This document shows positions 50,135-59,602 of a stretch of 64,000 nt of DNA, one piece after another. Below the pieces are notes generated by a model. That model worked only from the letters and a program-made list of their open reading frames with translations. It made no database searches and was not told the origin of the DNA. The position numbers and the translations under genes were made by a program. Source of the DNA: an uncultured Bacilli bacterium. Lineage in GTDB: Bacteria > Bacillota_I > Bacilli_A > RFN20 > CAG-826. Within the stretch, counting starts at the first letter, position 1; every line of letters begins with the position of its first letter. Where the stretch lies: positions 9,149-73,148 of the forward strand of contig CALVHN010000001.1 in assembly GCA_944327845.1 (NCBI GenBank). The letters run 5' to 3'.

Positions 50135-50758
50135 GTGGAGAAAAATATGAAAAAATTTACATCAATTTTAACATTATGTAGTTTATTTATTTTAGTAGGT
50201 TGTTCTTCAAATATACAAAATAATGATGAAGCTGGGGGAGAACAAGAAACCCCAATATATCAAGATGGTAATGCAATTGTTGTTTATTTTTCAGCTACAG
50301 GTAATACTGAAAATGTTGCTAATTATATTAGTGAACATATTGAAGCTCCATTATATGAACTAGAACCTGTTGATCCATATACATCAGAAGATTTAAATTA
50401 TTCAAATCAAAGTAGTCGAGTTGTTCTTGAACATAATGATCCTAATAGACATGTTGAACTTGAAACTGTTACATTCGAAGGATTTGATGAAGCTAGTTAT
50501 ATCTTTTTAGGAGCACCAGTATGGTGGCAAGAACTTAGTTGGGTTGTTGATGATTTTGTTGAACTAAATGATTTTACAAATAAGACAATTATTCCTTTTG
50601 CAACCTCTTCTTCATCTAGTTATTCAATTGATAATTTAAAGGAATTAGCTCCTGAAGCAACCTGGTTTGATGAAACAAGATTTTCTTCTAGAGTTAGTGA
50701 ATCTCAAGTTATTGAATGGGTTGATAGCTTAGGAATTGATTTTAGAAGTGAAAATTAA
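50135..50758 (+). CDS. flavodoxin-family lipoprotein
   Basis: Lipobox 'FILVGCSS', then flavodoxin motifs 'IVVYFSATGNTENVANYI' and 'GAPVWW'. Confidence 0.6.
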   Translation: MEKNMKKFTSILTLCSLFILVGCSSNIQNNDEAGGEQETPIYQDGNAIVVYFSATGNTENVANYISEHIEAPLYELEPVDPYTSEDLNYSNQSSRVVLEHNDPNRHVELETVTFEGFDEASYIFLGAPVWWQELSWVVDDFVELNDFTNKTIIPFATSSSSSYSIDNLKELAPEATWFDETRFSSRVSESQVIEWVDSLGIDFRSEN

Positions 50759-50769
50759 GAAAGAGATAA

Positions 50770-51700
50770 ATTGAAGTTGTTTCTTTTTAGAAATTCAAAT
50801 ATTACTTCAATTGTTTACCTAATAGTATAAGAGAAATTGGAAATAATGCTTTTTATAATTGTTTTAATTTAAAAAAGTATTAATGCGTTTTCGGGGTATA
50901 ATACTTTAGAAAATATTAATATCCCTGCTAAAGTTAACTTAATTTTAGAAAATTCCTTTAATAATTGTTCTTTAATTAATTTTGATGTTGATAATGATAA
51001 TAGGAATTATTATTCATTAAATGGTTATCTTATTAAAAGAAGTAGTAACACTTTAATTAGAACTAGACAAATGGTGTTATTCCTGAATGAGTTTTAATTA
51101 TTGGGTATAAAGCTTTTATAAATTCAACATTACCTTCAATATCTTTTCTAGTCTAGTTAATGAAATTGCTTCTAATGCCTTTTATTTTAATGATAATTTA
51201 AAAGGTATAAATGTTGATTAAAATAATGAATTAATATAATGTTCCTTTAGGAATTGAAGGATATATTGAATTATTAAATATAAATATAATTTCAAGTTTT
51301 TCTATTTGAGGATGTAGATTAACTTTTATTATCAAGGTATTTTAGAAGAATGGAATTTAATTAAAAAACATTCTACATAGAATATAAATATAAATATTGA
51401 TGTTGAATATTTATATTAAATAAAGGGAGAAGATATAATGAAATTAAATATATTTATCAATTAGATAAAATGATGAATATTATGGAAGTGAAACTTTAAT
51501 AAATGGTTATAATAAGATAGTTAATATATATCTTAATAAAGGTTTAAATATTAAAACAGTAAATCAATTAGTAACATTAGATGTTAAATCTCATTCATAT
51601 TTTTAGATAATGGAGTTACTTATGAACATGGTGTAACTAATCTGTATGCTCACGATGAAAAGATAATGGGATAGTTGTTTGATTGATAAAAATTTACAAA
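50770..51700 (+). pseudogene. decayed BspA-type leucine-rich-repeat surface-protein pseudogene
   Basis: Frame fragments 'LPNSIREIGNNAFYNCFNLKK', 'INIPAKVNLILENSFNNCSLINFDV', and 'YYSLNGYLIKRSSNTLIRT' are typical BspA-like LRR units. Frequent stops in all frames. Confidence 0.4.
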
Positions 51701-51826
51701 AATAGATTATTTTTACAAGGTTTTTAATGAAAATATCGATTCTGTATTTTTATAAATTATTATTTATTTTTTAAATATTTTTTGGTTTATAAATGGTATA
51801 ATATTATAAATTGTTAATTAATTAAT

Positions 51827-51891
51827 AAAAAAGTCCTGAAGCCAGGACATATGTGATGACATAAGTTTTATTTGAACTTGTTATGTTATCT
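51827..51891 (-). ncRNA. tracrRNA of the type II-A system (predicted)
   Basis: Minus-strand RNA 'AGAUAACAUAACAAGUUCAAAUAAAACUUAUGUCAUCACAUAUGUCCUGGCUUCAGGACUUUUUU'. Its 5' part pairs with the CRISPR repeat as a 12-bp upper stem (GUUAUGUUAUCU), a bulge, and a 5-bp lower stem (UUUGA), the same architecture as the S. pyogenes repeat:anti-repeat duplex. A terminal hairpin GTCCTG-AAGC-CAGGAC plus U6 lies at 51827-51848. -35 TTGACT is at 51921-51926 and -10 TATTAT at 51898-51903, with a 17-nt spacer, both on the minus strand. Confidence 0.6.
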
Positions 51892-51931
51892 ATAAAAATA
51901 ATAATTCTTAAAAATAAAGGAGTCAAGTTTT

Positions 51932-54900
51932 ATGGCAGAAAAGTTGTTATTAGGTTTAGATATTGGAACTAATAGTGTTGGTTGGTGTTTAACAGATGAG
52001 AATTCGAAAATAATAAAAAAGAATGGAAAATATTTATGGGGAATTAGATTATTTGATGAATCTAAATCATGTAAAGATAGAAGAATTTATCGATCAACAA
52101 GAAGGAGATGTGCTAGAAGAAAACAAAGGTTAGCATTACTCCAAGATTTATTTGAAAAACCGATGTCTAAAATTGACCCATATTTTTTTAGAAGGCTTAA
52201 GGTTTCTCAAATTAAAAACGAAGATAGAAATGATGAATTTAATTTGAGTGAATATAAAAATAAATATTTATTCTCTGACCATCAAGAAGAAATAGAATTT
52301 TATAACAAATATCCAACAATCTATCATCTAAGATTAGCTTTAATTAATTCTAACGAAAAAATCGATTTAAAATATTTATATTTAGTCTGCGCACATTATA
52401 TTAAATATCGTGGGCATTTTTTATTCGAAGGACAAGATTTTAATGTTGAAAACGGTGCAAGCATTGCACAAAGTTTAAATTGTTTATTAAATGAAGATAA
52501 TGAAAATAATGTTTTGTTTGAAACTAAGGATCTCGATGAAATATATGATATTTATTCAAATAAAAAATTAGATAAAAAAGATAAAGTTAATAAAATTAGA
52601 GATTATTTATTTAATAAAGTTTATGAAGTAAATAATGATGAAAATGAAAAAATATATTTAGGATATATTGCTCAATTATTTTTAGATTCTAAAGTTGATG
52701 CTAAAAAAATTTATAAAGATAAGGACTTAGATTTAGATAATACAACAATAAGTTATGATTCTGATGATTTTGATTCGATTATTGATGAATTAATAAACGT
52801 CTCTTCTGATTATGATATAGATTCATCTTTTTTTGAAAATATAAAGGAATTAAAGAAAGTATATGATTACTTAAAGTTAAAAAATATTTTAGGAGATTCG
52901 ATTTATATATCAGAAGCAATTGTTAAAAGATTTGATAAACATAAGGAAGATTTAATAAAGTTAAAGAATTTTGTAAAAACAAATTTTGATAGAGAAACAT
53001 ATAAGAAGGTATTTATAAATGTTGATGATAAAGTTTGTAATTACCCTCATTTTGTCGGTTCTTCTTTAGTTAAAGGGAAAAAGAAAACAATTTCAAAATG
53101 TAAAAAAGATGATTTTTATAAATTTTTAGAAACTACATTAAATATTAAAAGAAATGAAATAGTTAAAGAAGAAAATGAATTAAGTGATAAAGAATATATT
53201 GAAAAAAGAATGTATGATGGAACTTTTTTAGAATTATTACGTTCAAGTCAAAATAGATTTATACCTTATCAATTAAATAAAAAAGAATTAGAAATTATTT
53301 TAAATAATCAATCTAAATATTATGAATTTTTAAATGAAAGTGATGATTATGGAACAGTTAAAGATAAAATAATAAGTTTATTAACATTTAAAATCCCATA
53401 TTATGTTGGTCCATTAAACGAATCTAGTAAATTTGCTTGGATTAAGAAAAAACAAAATCAAAAAATTACTCCTTGGAATTTTAATGATATTGTTGATAAA
53501 GATGCATCTGAAAATGAGTTTATTAAACGAATGGCAAATCATTGTTCTTATTTGTTCAAAGAAGAAACCTTGCCTAAAGAATCACTTCTTTATCAAGAAT
53601 ATGAACTTTTATCTACATTAAATAAACTTTATATAAATAATCAGCCAATAACTAATGAGATAAAAACTTTCTTAATTGATGTATATAAAAATAGAGGTAC
53701 TAAAATTAGTTTAAAAGATTTAAAAAGAATAATTAGTGATAGATTTGGTGATGGAAATGAAATAATTTTAACGACATCCAATGATAAAGAATTAGATGAA
53801 AATTATTTATCCGATTCTTTAAGTTCTTTTAAAAAGTTTTCTAATATTTTTGGAAAAAATTATGTTGAAAGTAATGTTGAAAAAATTGATCAAATAATTT
53901 CAATATGTACAATTATATCTGATAAAAATAGATTAAAAGATTATTTAATAAAAGAATTTAAATTGAATGAAGAGGATGCAATTAAAGTATCTAAATTAAA
54001 GTTTTCTAAATTTGGTAGACTTTCAAATAAACTTCTCTGTAAGTTAAAAGGAATCGATTCAAAAACTGGTGAAGTTATATGTGATAAGAGTATTATCCAA
54101 TTAATGAGAGAAACTAATCAAAACCTTATTGAAATTATAAATAATAAAAAATATGGCTTTCCTGCAGCAATTAATTTAGAAAATAGCGAATTTTTAAAAG
54201 AAAAATATGGAAATAAAGAATTATCTGATGAACAAAAGATTTTAGATTTCATTGATAAACTTTATATTTCTCCAAAATTAAAAAGACCATTAATTCAAGC
54301 AATGAAGATTATTAATGAACTTGAAAATATAATGGGTTCAAAAGAAAAAGGTAAAAGGTCAATCGATGAATATTATATTGAAGCAACTAGAGGACCAGAT
54401 ATAAAAGCAAAAGGTAAAGCAACAAAAAGTAGAAGGCAAAAGATGCTCGAAATTTATAAAGATGCAAAAGATTTTGTCGATGAATATGATAGCAGCAAAG
54501 CAATTTTATCTAATTTAAATGGAGTTGAGGATTCCAGATTAAATAGTAAAAAAGTTTTCTTGTATTTTAGACAATTAGGAAAGGATCTTTATACTGGTAA
54601 TCCAATTGATTTTGATAGATTAGAAACTGATTACGATATTGATCATGTATTTCCTCAATCTAAAATTAAAGATGATAGTTTTGATAATTTAGTTTTAACT
54701 TTAAAGGAAAATAATTCAGATAAAGGTGATATATATCCAATTCCTTATGATAGTTTTCGTGAAAAGCATAATTGGTCTAGTAAAATAAGAAATAGATTTT
54801 TTGAAAAACTGCATAAAAATAAATTTATAAGTGAAACTTTATATCATAGATTAACAAGACTAACTCCATTAACTGAAAATGAATTATTTAATTTTGTTAG

Positions 54901-56260
54901 TTCTCAAATAACAACTACATCTCAAGCAGTTAAAGCAATTAAAGATACAATATTGCAGTTTAAAACTAATAACGAAAATAAAGAGCCTGCTGTAATTTTA
55001 TCGAAGGCTCAAGTTATATCAGATTTTAGAAAGAATCATGATTTATTAAAATGTAGAAAAGCTAATGATTTTCATCATGCTCATGATGCTTATTTAAATT
55101 TGATTGTTGGAAGAGCCGTCAATGAGTATTTTACTAAATATATTGCTAGAAAATCTTATTTAAAGAATTTTGATATTTCTAAAAAATTAACAACAAATAT
55201 TAATAAATTTTTAGATAGTAAAGATTCTAAAGGCAGTGATTTAAATAGACCTAATATATATGATGGAGATTATCTAGTATGGGATTATAAAGATGAGAAA
55301 ACTTTGAATGAAATAAAATATAATATTTATCATAATTTTAATATTTTACATACAGTTAGAACTTATGAAAAAGCTGGTATATTTTCTCAAGTAACAATAT
55401 CTCCAAGCAATCCAAAAGGTTATGCATTATCAATTAAAAATTCAATAGGAAACCCATTATCTAATTCAATTAAATATGGCGGATATTCACAATTATCTTT
55501 TGCATATATGATGCTAATCAAAAACTTAGATAAAAATGATAAATATTTATTAATTATGGTTCCGAGTATTTATAAGGATAAATTGGAAACAAAGGAATTT
55601 AACGATTATGTTTTTGAAGAATATAATGTTAAAAATTTTGATATTATTTTACCCAAACTAAAAATAAACACACTGATTAAAGAAAACGAATCTGAGTTTA
55701 GGATAACAGGCAAAGCAGATGTAAGACTTGCATTAAAAAATAATAAATATGTGTTTTATAACGAGGATTATATTAAAACAATCAAAAATCTTTTTAAAAT
55801 AACAAATAAAATTTCTGAAATTGTTATCAATAAAAAATATAAAAATATTGATGCTTATATTAACGATAATTACAAACAAACATCTTTCGGAATTTATTTT
55901 GATGAAGAATTTATAAAATTAAACGGCGAAACTCTTATTACTAAAAGACAAATTGTAGATTTAAGTAATTTTTTGAAAAAAATTATAAAAAATAAGATAT
56001 ACGATTATGCTAGAAGTAGTTATGATACTATGGATAATTATTTGTCTTATGATAATGATTTATCTTTAATCAAAAATATGCTTATTTTAAAAGAGTGTAT
56101 TAATCGTTTACGAGATTCTTCTTTGACATTTAATCTCAAAGCGTTTGGAAAAGGAGTTATTTCAAGAGAAAGAATGCAATCGAATATTTCAAAGAAAATT
56201 TCAATAATTTATGAATCAACTACAGGATATTATCGAAAAGTTGTCTGGAGCAATGAGTAA
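51932..56260 (+). CDS. cas9: Cas9 (type II-A), 1442 aa
   Basis: RuvC-I 'GLDIGTNSVGW', arginine-rich bridge helix 'RRRCARRKQR', HNH 'DIDHVFPQSKIKDDSFDNLVLTLKENNSDKGD', and RuvC-III 'HHAHDAYL'. Followed by cas1-cas2-csn2 and the array. Confidence 0.95.
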   Translation: MAEKLLLGLDIGTNSVGWCLTDENSKIIKKNGKYLWGIRLFDESKSCKDRRIYRSTRRRCARRKQRLALLQDLFEKPMSKIDPYFFRRLKVSQIKNEDRNDEFNLSEYKNKYLFSDHQEEIEFYNKYPTIYHLRLALINSNEKIDLKYLYLVCAHYIKYRGHFLFEGQDFNVENGASIAQSLNCLLNEDNENNVLFETKDLDEIYDIYSNKKLDKKDKVNKIRDYLFNKVYEVNNDENEKIYLGYIAQLFLDSKVDAKKIYKDKDLDLDNTTISYDSDDFDSIIDELINVSSDYDIDSSFFENIKELKKVYDYLKLKNILGDSIYISEAIVKRFDKHKEDLIKLKNFVKTNFDRETYKKVFINVDDKVCNYPHFVGSSLVKGKKKTISKCKKDDFYKFLETTLNIKRNEIVKEENELSDKEYIEKRMYDGTFLELLRSSQNRFIPYQLNKKELEIILNNQSKYYEFLNESDDYGTVKDKIISLLTFKIPYYVGPLNESSKFAWIKKKQNQKITPWNFNDIVDKDASENEFIKRMANHCSYLFKEETLPKESLLYQEYELLSTLNKLYINNQPITNEIKTFLIDVYKNRGTKISLKDLKRIISDRFGDGNEIILTTSNDKELDENYLSDSLSSFKKFSNIFGKNYVESNVEKIDQIISICTIISDKNRLKDYLIKEFKLNEEDAIKVSKLKFSKFGRLSNKLLCKLKGIDSKTGEVICDKSIIQLMRETNQNLIEIINNKKYGFPAAINLENSEFLKEKYGNKELSDEQKILDFIDKLYISPKLKRPLIQAMKIINELENIMGSKEKGKRSIDEYYIEATRGPDIKAKGKATKSRRQKMLEIYKDAKDFVDEYDSSKAILSNLNGVEDSRLNSKKVFLYFRQLGKDLYTGNPIDFDRLETDYDIDHVFPQSKIKDDSFDNLVLTLKENNSDKGDIYPIPYDSFREKHNWSSKIRNRFFEKLHKNKFISETLYHRLTRLTPLTENELFNFVSSQITTTSQAVKAIKDTILQFKTNNENKEPAVILSKAQVISDFRKNHDLLKCRKANDFHHAHDAYLNLIVGRAVNEYFTKYIARKSYLKNFDISKKLTTNINKFLDSKDSKGSDLNRPNIYDGDYLVWDYKDEKTLNEIKYNIYHNFNILHTVRTYEKAGIFSQVTISPSNPKGYALSIKNSIGNPLSNSIKYGGYSQLSFAYMMLIKNLDKNDKYLLIMVPSIYKDKLETKEFNDYVFEEYNVKNFDIILPKLKINTLIKENESEFRITGKADVRLALKNNKYVFYNEDYIKTIKNLFKITNKISEIVINKKYKNIDAYINDNYKQTSFGIYFDEEFIKLNGETLITKRQIVDLSNFLKKIIKNKIYDYARSSYDTMDNYLSYDNDLSLIKNMLILKECINRLRDSSLTFNLKAFGKGVISRERMQSNISKKISIIYESTTGYYRKVVWSNE

Positions 56261-57132
56261 TGGGTTTTAGAACAGTAGTGGTTAAAAATAGATCTAAATT
56301 AGAAGTTTCATTAAACTATTTAGTTTGCAGAACTGTTGATGGAGAAAAAAGAATTTTACTCGATGAAATTGCTACTGTTTTAATTGAATCAACACAAGTT
56401 GCAGTTACTAGTTCTTTACTTTCAGCTTTGGCTGAAAAAAATATTAATTTAATTATTTGTGATTCTAAACATAATCCAGTTTCACAAATGTTAAGTTTAT
56501 ACGGAAGTTATGATGCTTATCATAAACTATTAAAACAATTATCTTTTAGCGAGGAAAGAAAAGGTAATATTTGGGCTGCAATTATTAATAGAAAAATATT
56601 AAATCAATCTCGTGTATTAGAGATTTCTAATAAAGAAGATAGTTATAAAAAACTACTTGAATATGCTTCAGAAATTGAACGAGGTGATATAACAAATAGA
56701 GAAGGACATGCAGCCAAAGTTTACTTTAATAGTTTATTTGGAAATGAATTTTCGAGAAATCAAGAAAGAAAAGAAAATAAATATCTAGATTACGGTTATT
56801 CAATAATTTTAAGTTCTGTTTCTAGAGCAATAAAGTGTATAGGTTATTATACTGAATTAGGTGTTCATCATATTGGTAAAACGAATCCATTTAATTTATC
56901 TTGCGATTTTGTTGAACCTTTAAGACCTTTGATTGATTATCAAGTTGTTTCAAATAAAGTTAATGATGAAAATTATAAAAATACATTTGTCGATATATTA
57001 AGTTTAAATGTTGACTGTGATAATAAAAATATGCTTTTGGATAATGCTATAAAAACGTATGTTCAGTCATTATTTAATGCTTTAGATAATAATGATATAA
57101 GCAAAATAAAGTGGATTAATTATGAGCTCTAG
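56260..57132 (+). CDS. cas1: Cas1 (type II)
   Basis: 'GFRTVVVKNRSKLEVSLNYLV' N-terminus typical of type-II Cas1. 290 aa. Overlaps the cas9 stop. Confidence 0.9.
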   Translation: MGFRTVVVKNRSKLEVSLNYLVCRTVDGEKRILLDEIATVLIESTQVAVTSSLLSALAEKNINLIICDSKHNPVSQMLSLYGSYDAYHKLLKQLSFSEERKGNIWAAIINRKILNQSRVLEISNKEDSYKKLLEYASEIERGDITNREGHAAKVYFNSLFGNEFSRNQERKENKYLDYGYSIILSSVSRAIKCIGYYTELGVHHIGKTNPFNLSCDFVEPLRPLIDYQVVSNKVNDENYKNTFVDILSLNVDCDNKNMLLDNAIKTYVQSLFNALDNNDISKIKWINYEL

Positions 57133-57442
57133 ATTTATGAGATTAGTATTATTTTTTGATTTACCTGTTATTAAAACTTCTCAAAGAAAAGCTTATACAA
57201 AGTTTGTTAAAGATATAAAGAAAATTGGATTTTATATGTTACAAGAATCTGTATATATTAAGATGTGTTTAGATTCACAAGCTTCAAATTCAACTATAAA
57301 CAAAGTGAAGGACTTAGCGCCAAGCGAAGGTAGTATAATGATTTTAATGGTTACTGAAAAAGAATTTTCAGAAATGAAAGTCGTATGTGGAGAAAGTATA
57401 TCAGATGTTATTACTACTTCAGATAGGGTTGTAGTATTATGA
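57122..57442 (+). CDS. cas2: Cas2
   Basis: 106 aa, 'MRLVLFFDLPVIKTSQRKAYTKFVKDIKKIGFYMLQESVY'. Overlaps cas1. Confidence 0.9.
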   Translation: MSSRFMRLVLFFDLPVIKTSQRKAYTKFVKDIKKIGFYMLQESVYIKMCLDSQASNSTINKVKDLAPSEGSIMILMVTEKEFSEMKVVCGESISDVITTSDRVVVL

Positions 57443-58095
57443 TTTTAAAGTTTAGAGGAATTAATTATTCTTTTGAATATTGTGGTGGAGATATTTCTTT
57501 TTTAGTCATTGAAAGTAGAGAATTTTACTGGAAGCTTTTAAATTCTTTAAATGAATTAAATGAAGATAATATATTTTTAATAGATGATAAAAAGATTGAT
57601 TTAAAAAATGCGATTTTATTTTTTGATAGATTATTCGATTTGGATCCAAATAGTAAAAAAATACTATCCTTAACTTATCAAGATATAAATAAAATGTATT
57701 TAAATGATTCAATCAAAGTTAAAATAAGTGTAGCTAATGAAATACTTTTAGGAATTTTAGATAAGTTAGCTCTTGATGTTGATTTTAAGGCTAGATATGA
57801 AAGTGATTTAACATTGAATGATGTTTTAAATTTATATAAATTTAGATATGAAATTGAATCTAAATCTTTTATTGAAATGTTTCTTCAATATATAAAATCG
57901 TTGATGGTTGTTATGAAATATAAGTATGTTGTGACATTAAATTTATTAGACTTTATTGATAAAAATAATCTAGATTTGCTAAGTAATGAGTTAAAAATAC
58001 TAGGTTTAGACTTAATTGATATTTCAAGACACTCTTATAAATTAGAAAAATATAAAGAAATTCTTATTGATAATGATTTATGCGAAATATCGTAG
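57439..58095 (+). CDS. csn2: Csn2 (type II-A signature protein, short form)
   Basis: 218 aa, placed between cas2 and the array and overlapping cas2 by 4 nt. Confidence 0.8.
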   Translation: MILKFRGINYSFEYCGGDISFLVIESREFYWKLLNSLNELNEDNIFLIDDKKIDLKNAILFFDRLFDLDPNSKKILSLTYQDINKMYLNDSIKVKISVANEILLGILDKLALDVDFKARYESDLTLNDVLNLYKFRYEIESKSFIEMFLQYIKSLMVVMKYKYVVTLNLLDFIDKNNLDLLSNELKILGLDLIDISRHSYKLEKYKEILIDNDLCEIS

Positions 58096-58098
58096 TAA

Positions 58099-58225
58099 AA
58101 TTATATTGATAAAATAAATTTTATCAAAAAATAAAGACGAATTATGTCTTTATTAAAGTTATTGTTTCAAGCCTAAAACAGGTAATTAATTCTAAAATCT
58201 CTGTTATTTGTTTATATAATTTGAG
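58099..58225 (+). promoter_or_regulatory. CRISPR leader
   Basis: AT-rich 127-bp region between the csn2 stop and the first repeat. Confidence 0.5.
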
Positions 58226-59571
58226 GTTTGAGAGTTATGTTATCTACGGTCGGTCTTGAACAACTAGAAGAAGATGTTTTAATGACTTATAGTTTGAGAG
58301 TTATGTTATCTACGGTCGGTCTTGAACTCAAGTTACGGATACACCGTTCCTTCAGTGTTTGAGAGTTATGTTATCTACGGTCGGTCTTGAACTTGAGATT
58401 GAGGTGCTTTTGCAAAATGATTGTTTGAGAGTTATGTTATCTACGGTCGGTCTTGAACATTTATTCTTTTCCGTTCTAGTAATTTTTTGTTTGAGAGTTA
58501 TGTTATCTACGGTCGGTCTTGAACATTATTTGGAAGTTCTGTTGCATCAATATAGTTTGAGAGTTATGTTATCTACGGTCGGTCTTGAACTACTTTAATA
58601 TGTAAAATGTTGTTCATCCGTTTGAGAGTTATGTTATCTACGGTCGGTCTTGAACATAACATCTTTACAAGGATCTTGCACACAGTTTGAGAGTTATGTT
58701 ATCTACGGTCGGTCTTGAACATATCTTGTTCATAGACTTGTCCATCTTCAGTTTGAGAGTTATGTTATCTACGGTCGGTCTTGAACTGTCTTTGATTTTT
58801 AAATCTGTCATAATTGTTTGAGAGTTATGTTATCTACGGTCGGTCTTGAACTAAAACTGGCATCATTTCCTTGATTATATTGTTTGAGAGTTATGTTATC
58901 TACGGTCGGTCTTGAACACTAATTCCTTTGCATTTGGTCCTATTGTGTTTGAGAGTTATGTTATCTACGGTCGGTCTTGAACCCTAGAAAGTATAATAAT
59001 TTTATGGATTAGTTTGAGAGTTATGTTATCTACGGTCGGTCTTGAACTTTTGTTCATTCTTTAGTCCTCCTATTGATGTTTGAGAGTTATGTTATCTACG
59101 GTCGGTCTTGAACTTAAACTGGCGTTTTACCTTGATTATATAGTTTGAGAGTTATGTTATCTACGGTCGGTCTTGAACAGTCTGTTCTTCTAAAATACTT
59201 GCCTGTGTGTTTGAGAGTTATGTTATCTACGGTCGGTCTTGAACAAGAACGATTTGAGGTGCTCACGGTATCTGTTTGAGAGTTATGTTATCTACGGTCG
59301 GTCTTGAACGCATCGTTTGTATCTTGGCTTGTGCTTTTGTTTGAGAGTTATGTTATCTACGGTCGGTCTTGAACATATTTCTACAAGCACATTTACTACA
59401 ATTGGTTTGAGAGTTATGTTATCTACGGTCGGTCTTGAACTTACTTTCTTTGATATAATAATTCTAGGCCGTTTGAGAGTTATGTTATCTACGGTCGGTC
59501 TTGAACCATTATCTAGATTAATCCATTCGCTACCGGTTTGAGAGTTATGTTATCTACGGTCGGTCTTGAAC
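58226..59571 (+). CRISPR. CRISPR array of 21 x 36-bp repeats (GTTTGAGAGTTATGTTATCTACGGTCGGTCTTGAAC) with 20 spacers of 29-30 bp
   Basis: Repeats counted directly at 58226, 58292, 58357, 58423, 58489, 58555, 58620, 58685, 58751, 58816, 58882, 58947, 59012, 59078, 59143, 59209, 59274, 59339, 59405, 59471, and 59536. All repeats are identical, including the last. Confidence 0.97.
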
Positions 59572-59602
59572 TCTTATATATTGTTAATCACGGATATAAA
59601 AT

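Noticed and set aside
53433-57712. Small ORFs inside cas9 (53433-53621, alternate frame) and antisense in csn2 (57506-57712)
   Set aside because: They are embedded in intact cas genes and are spurious.
58359-59541. ORF-track 'proteins' of 79 and 74 aa inside the CRISPR array (containing RVMLSTVGLE repeats)
   Set aside because: They are translations of the 36-bp direct repeat, which reads ...LRVMLSTVGLE... in one frame. They are artefacts of the array, not genes.
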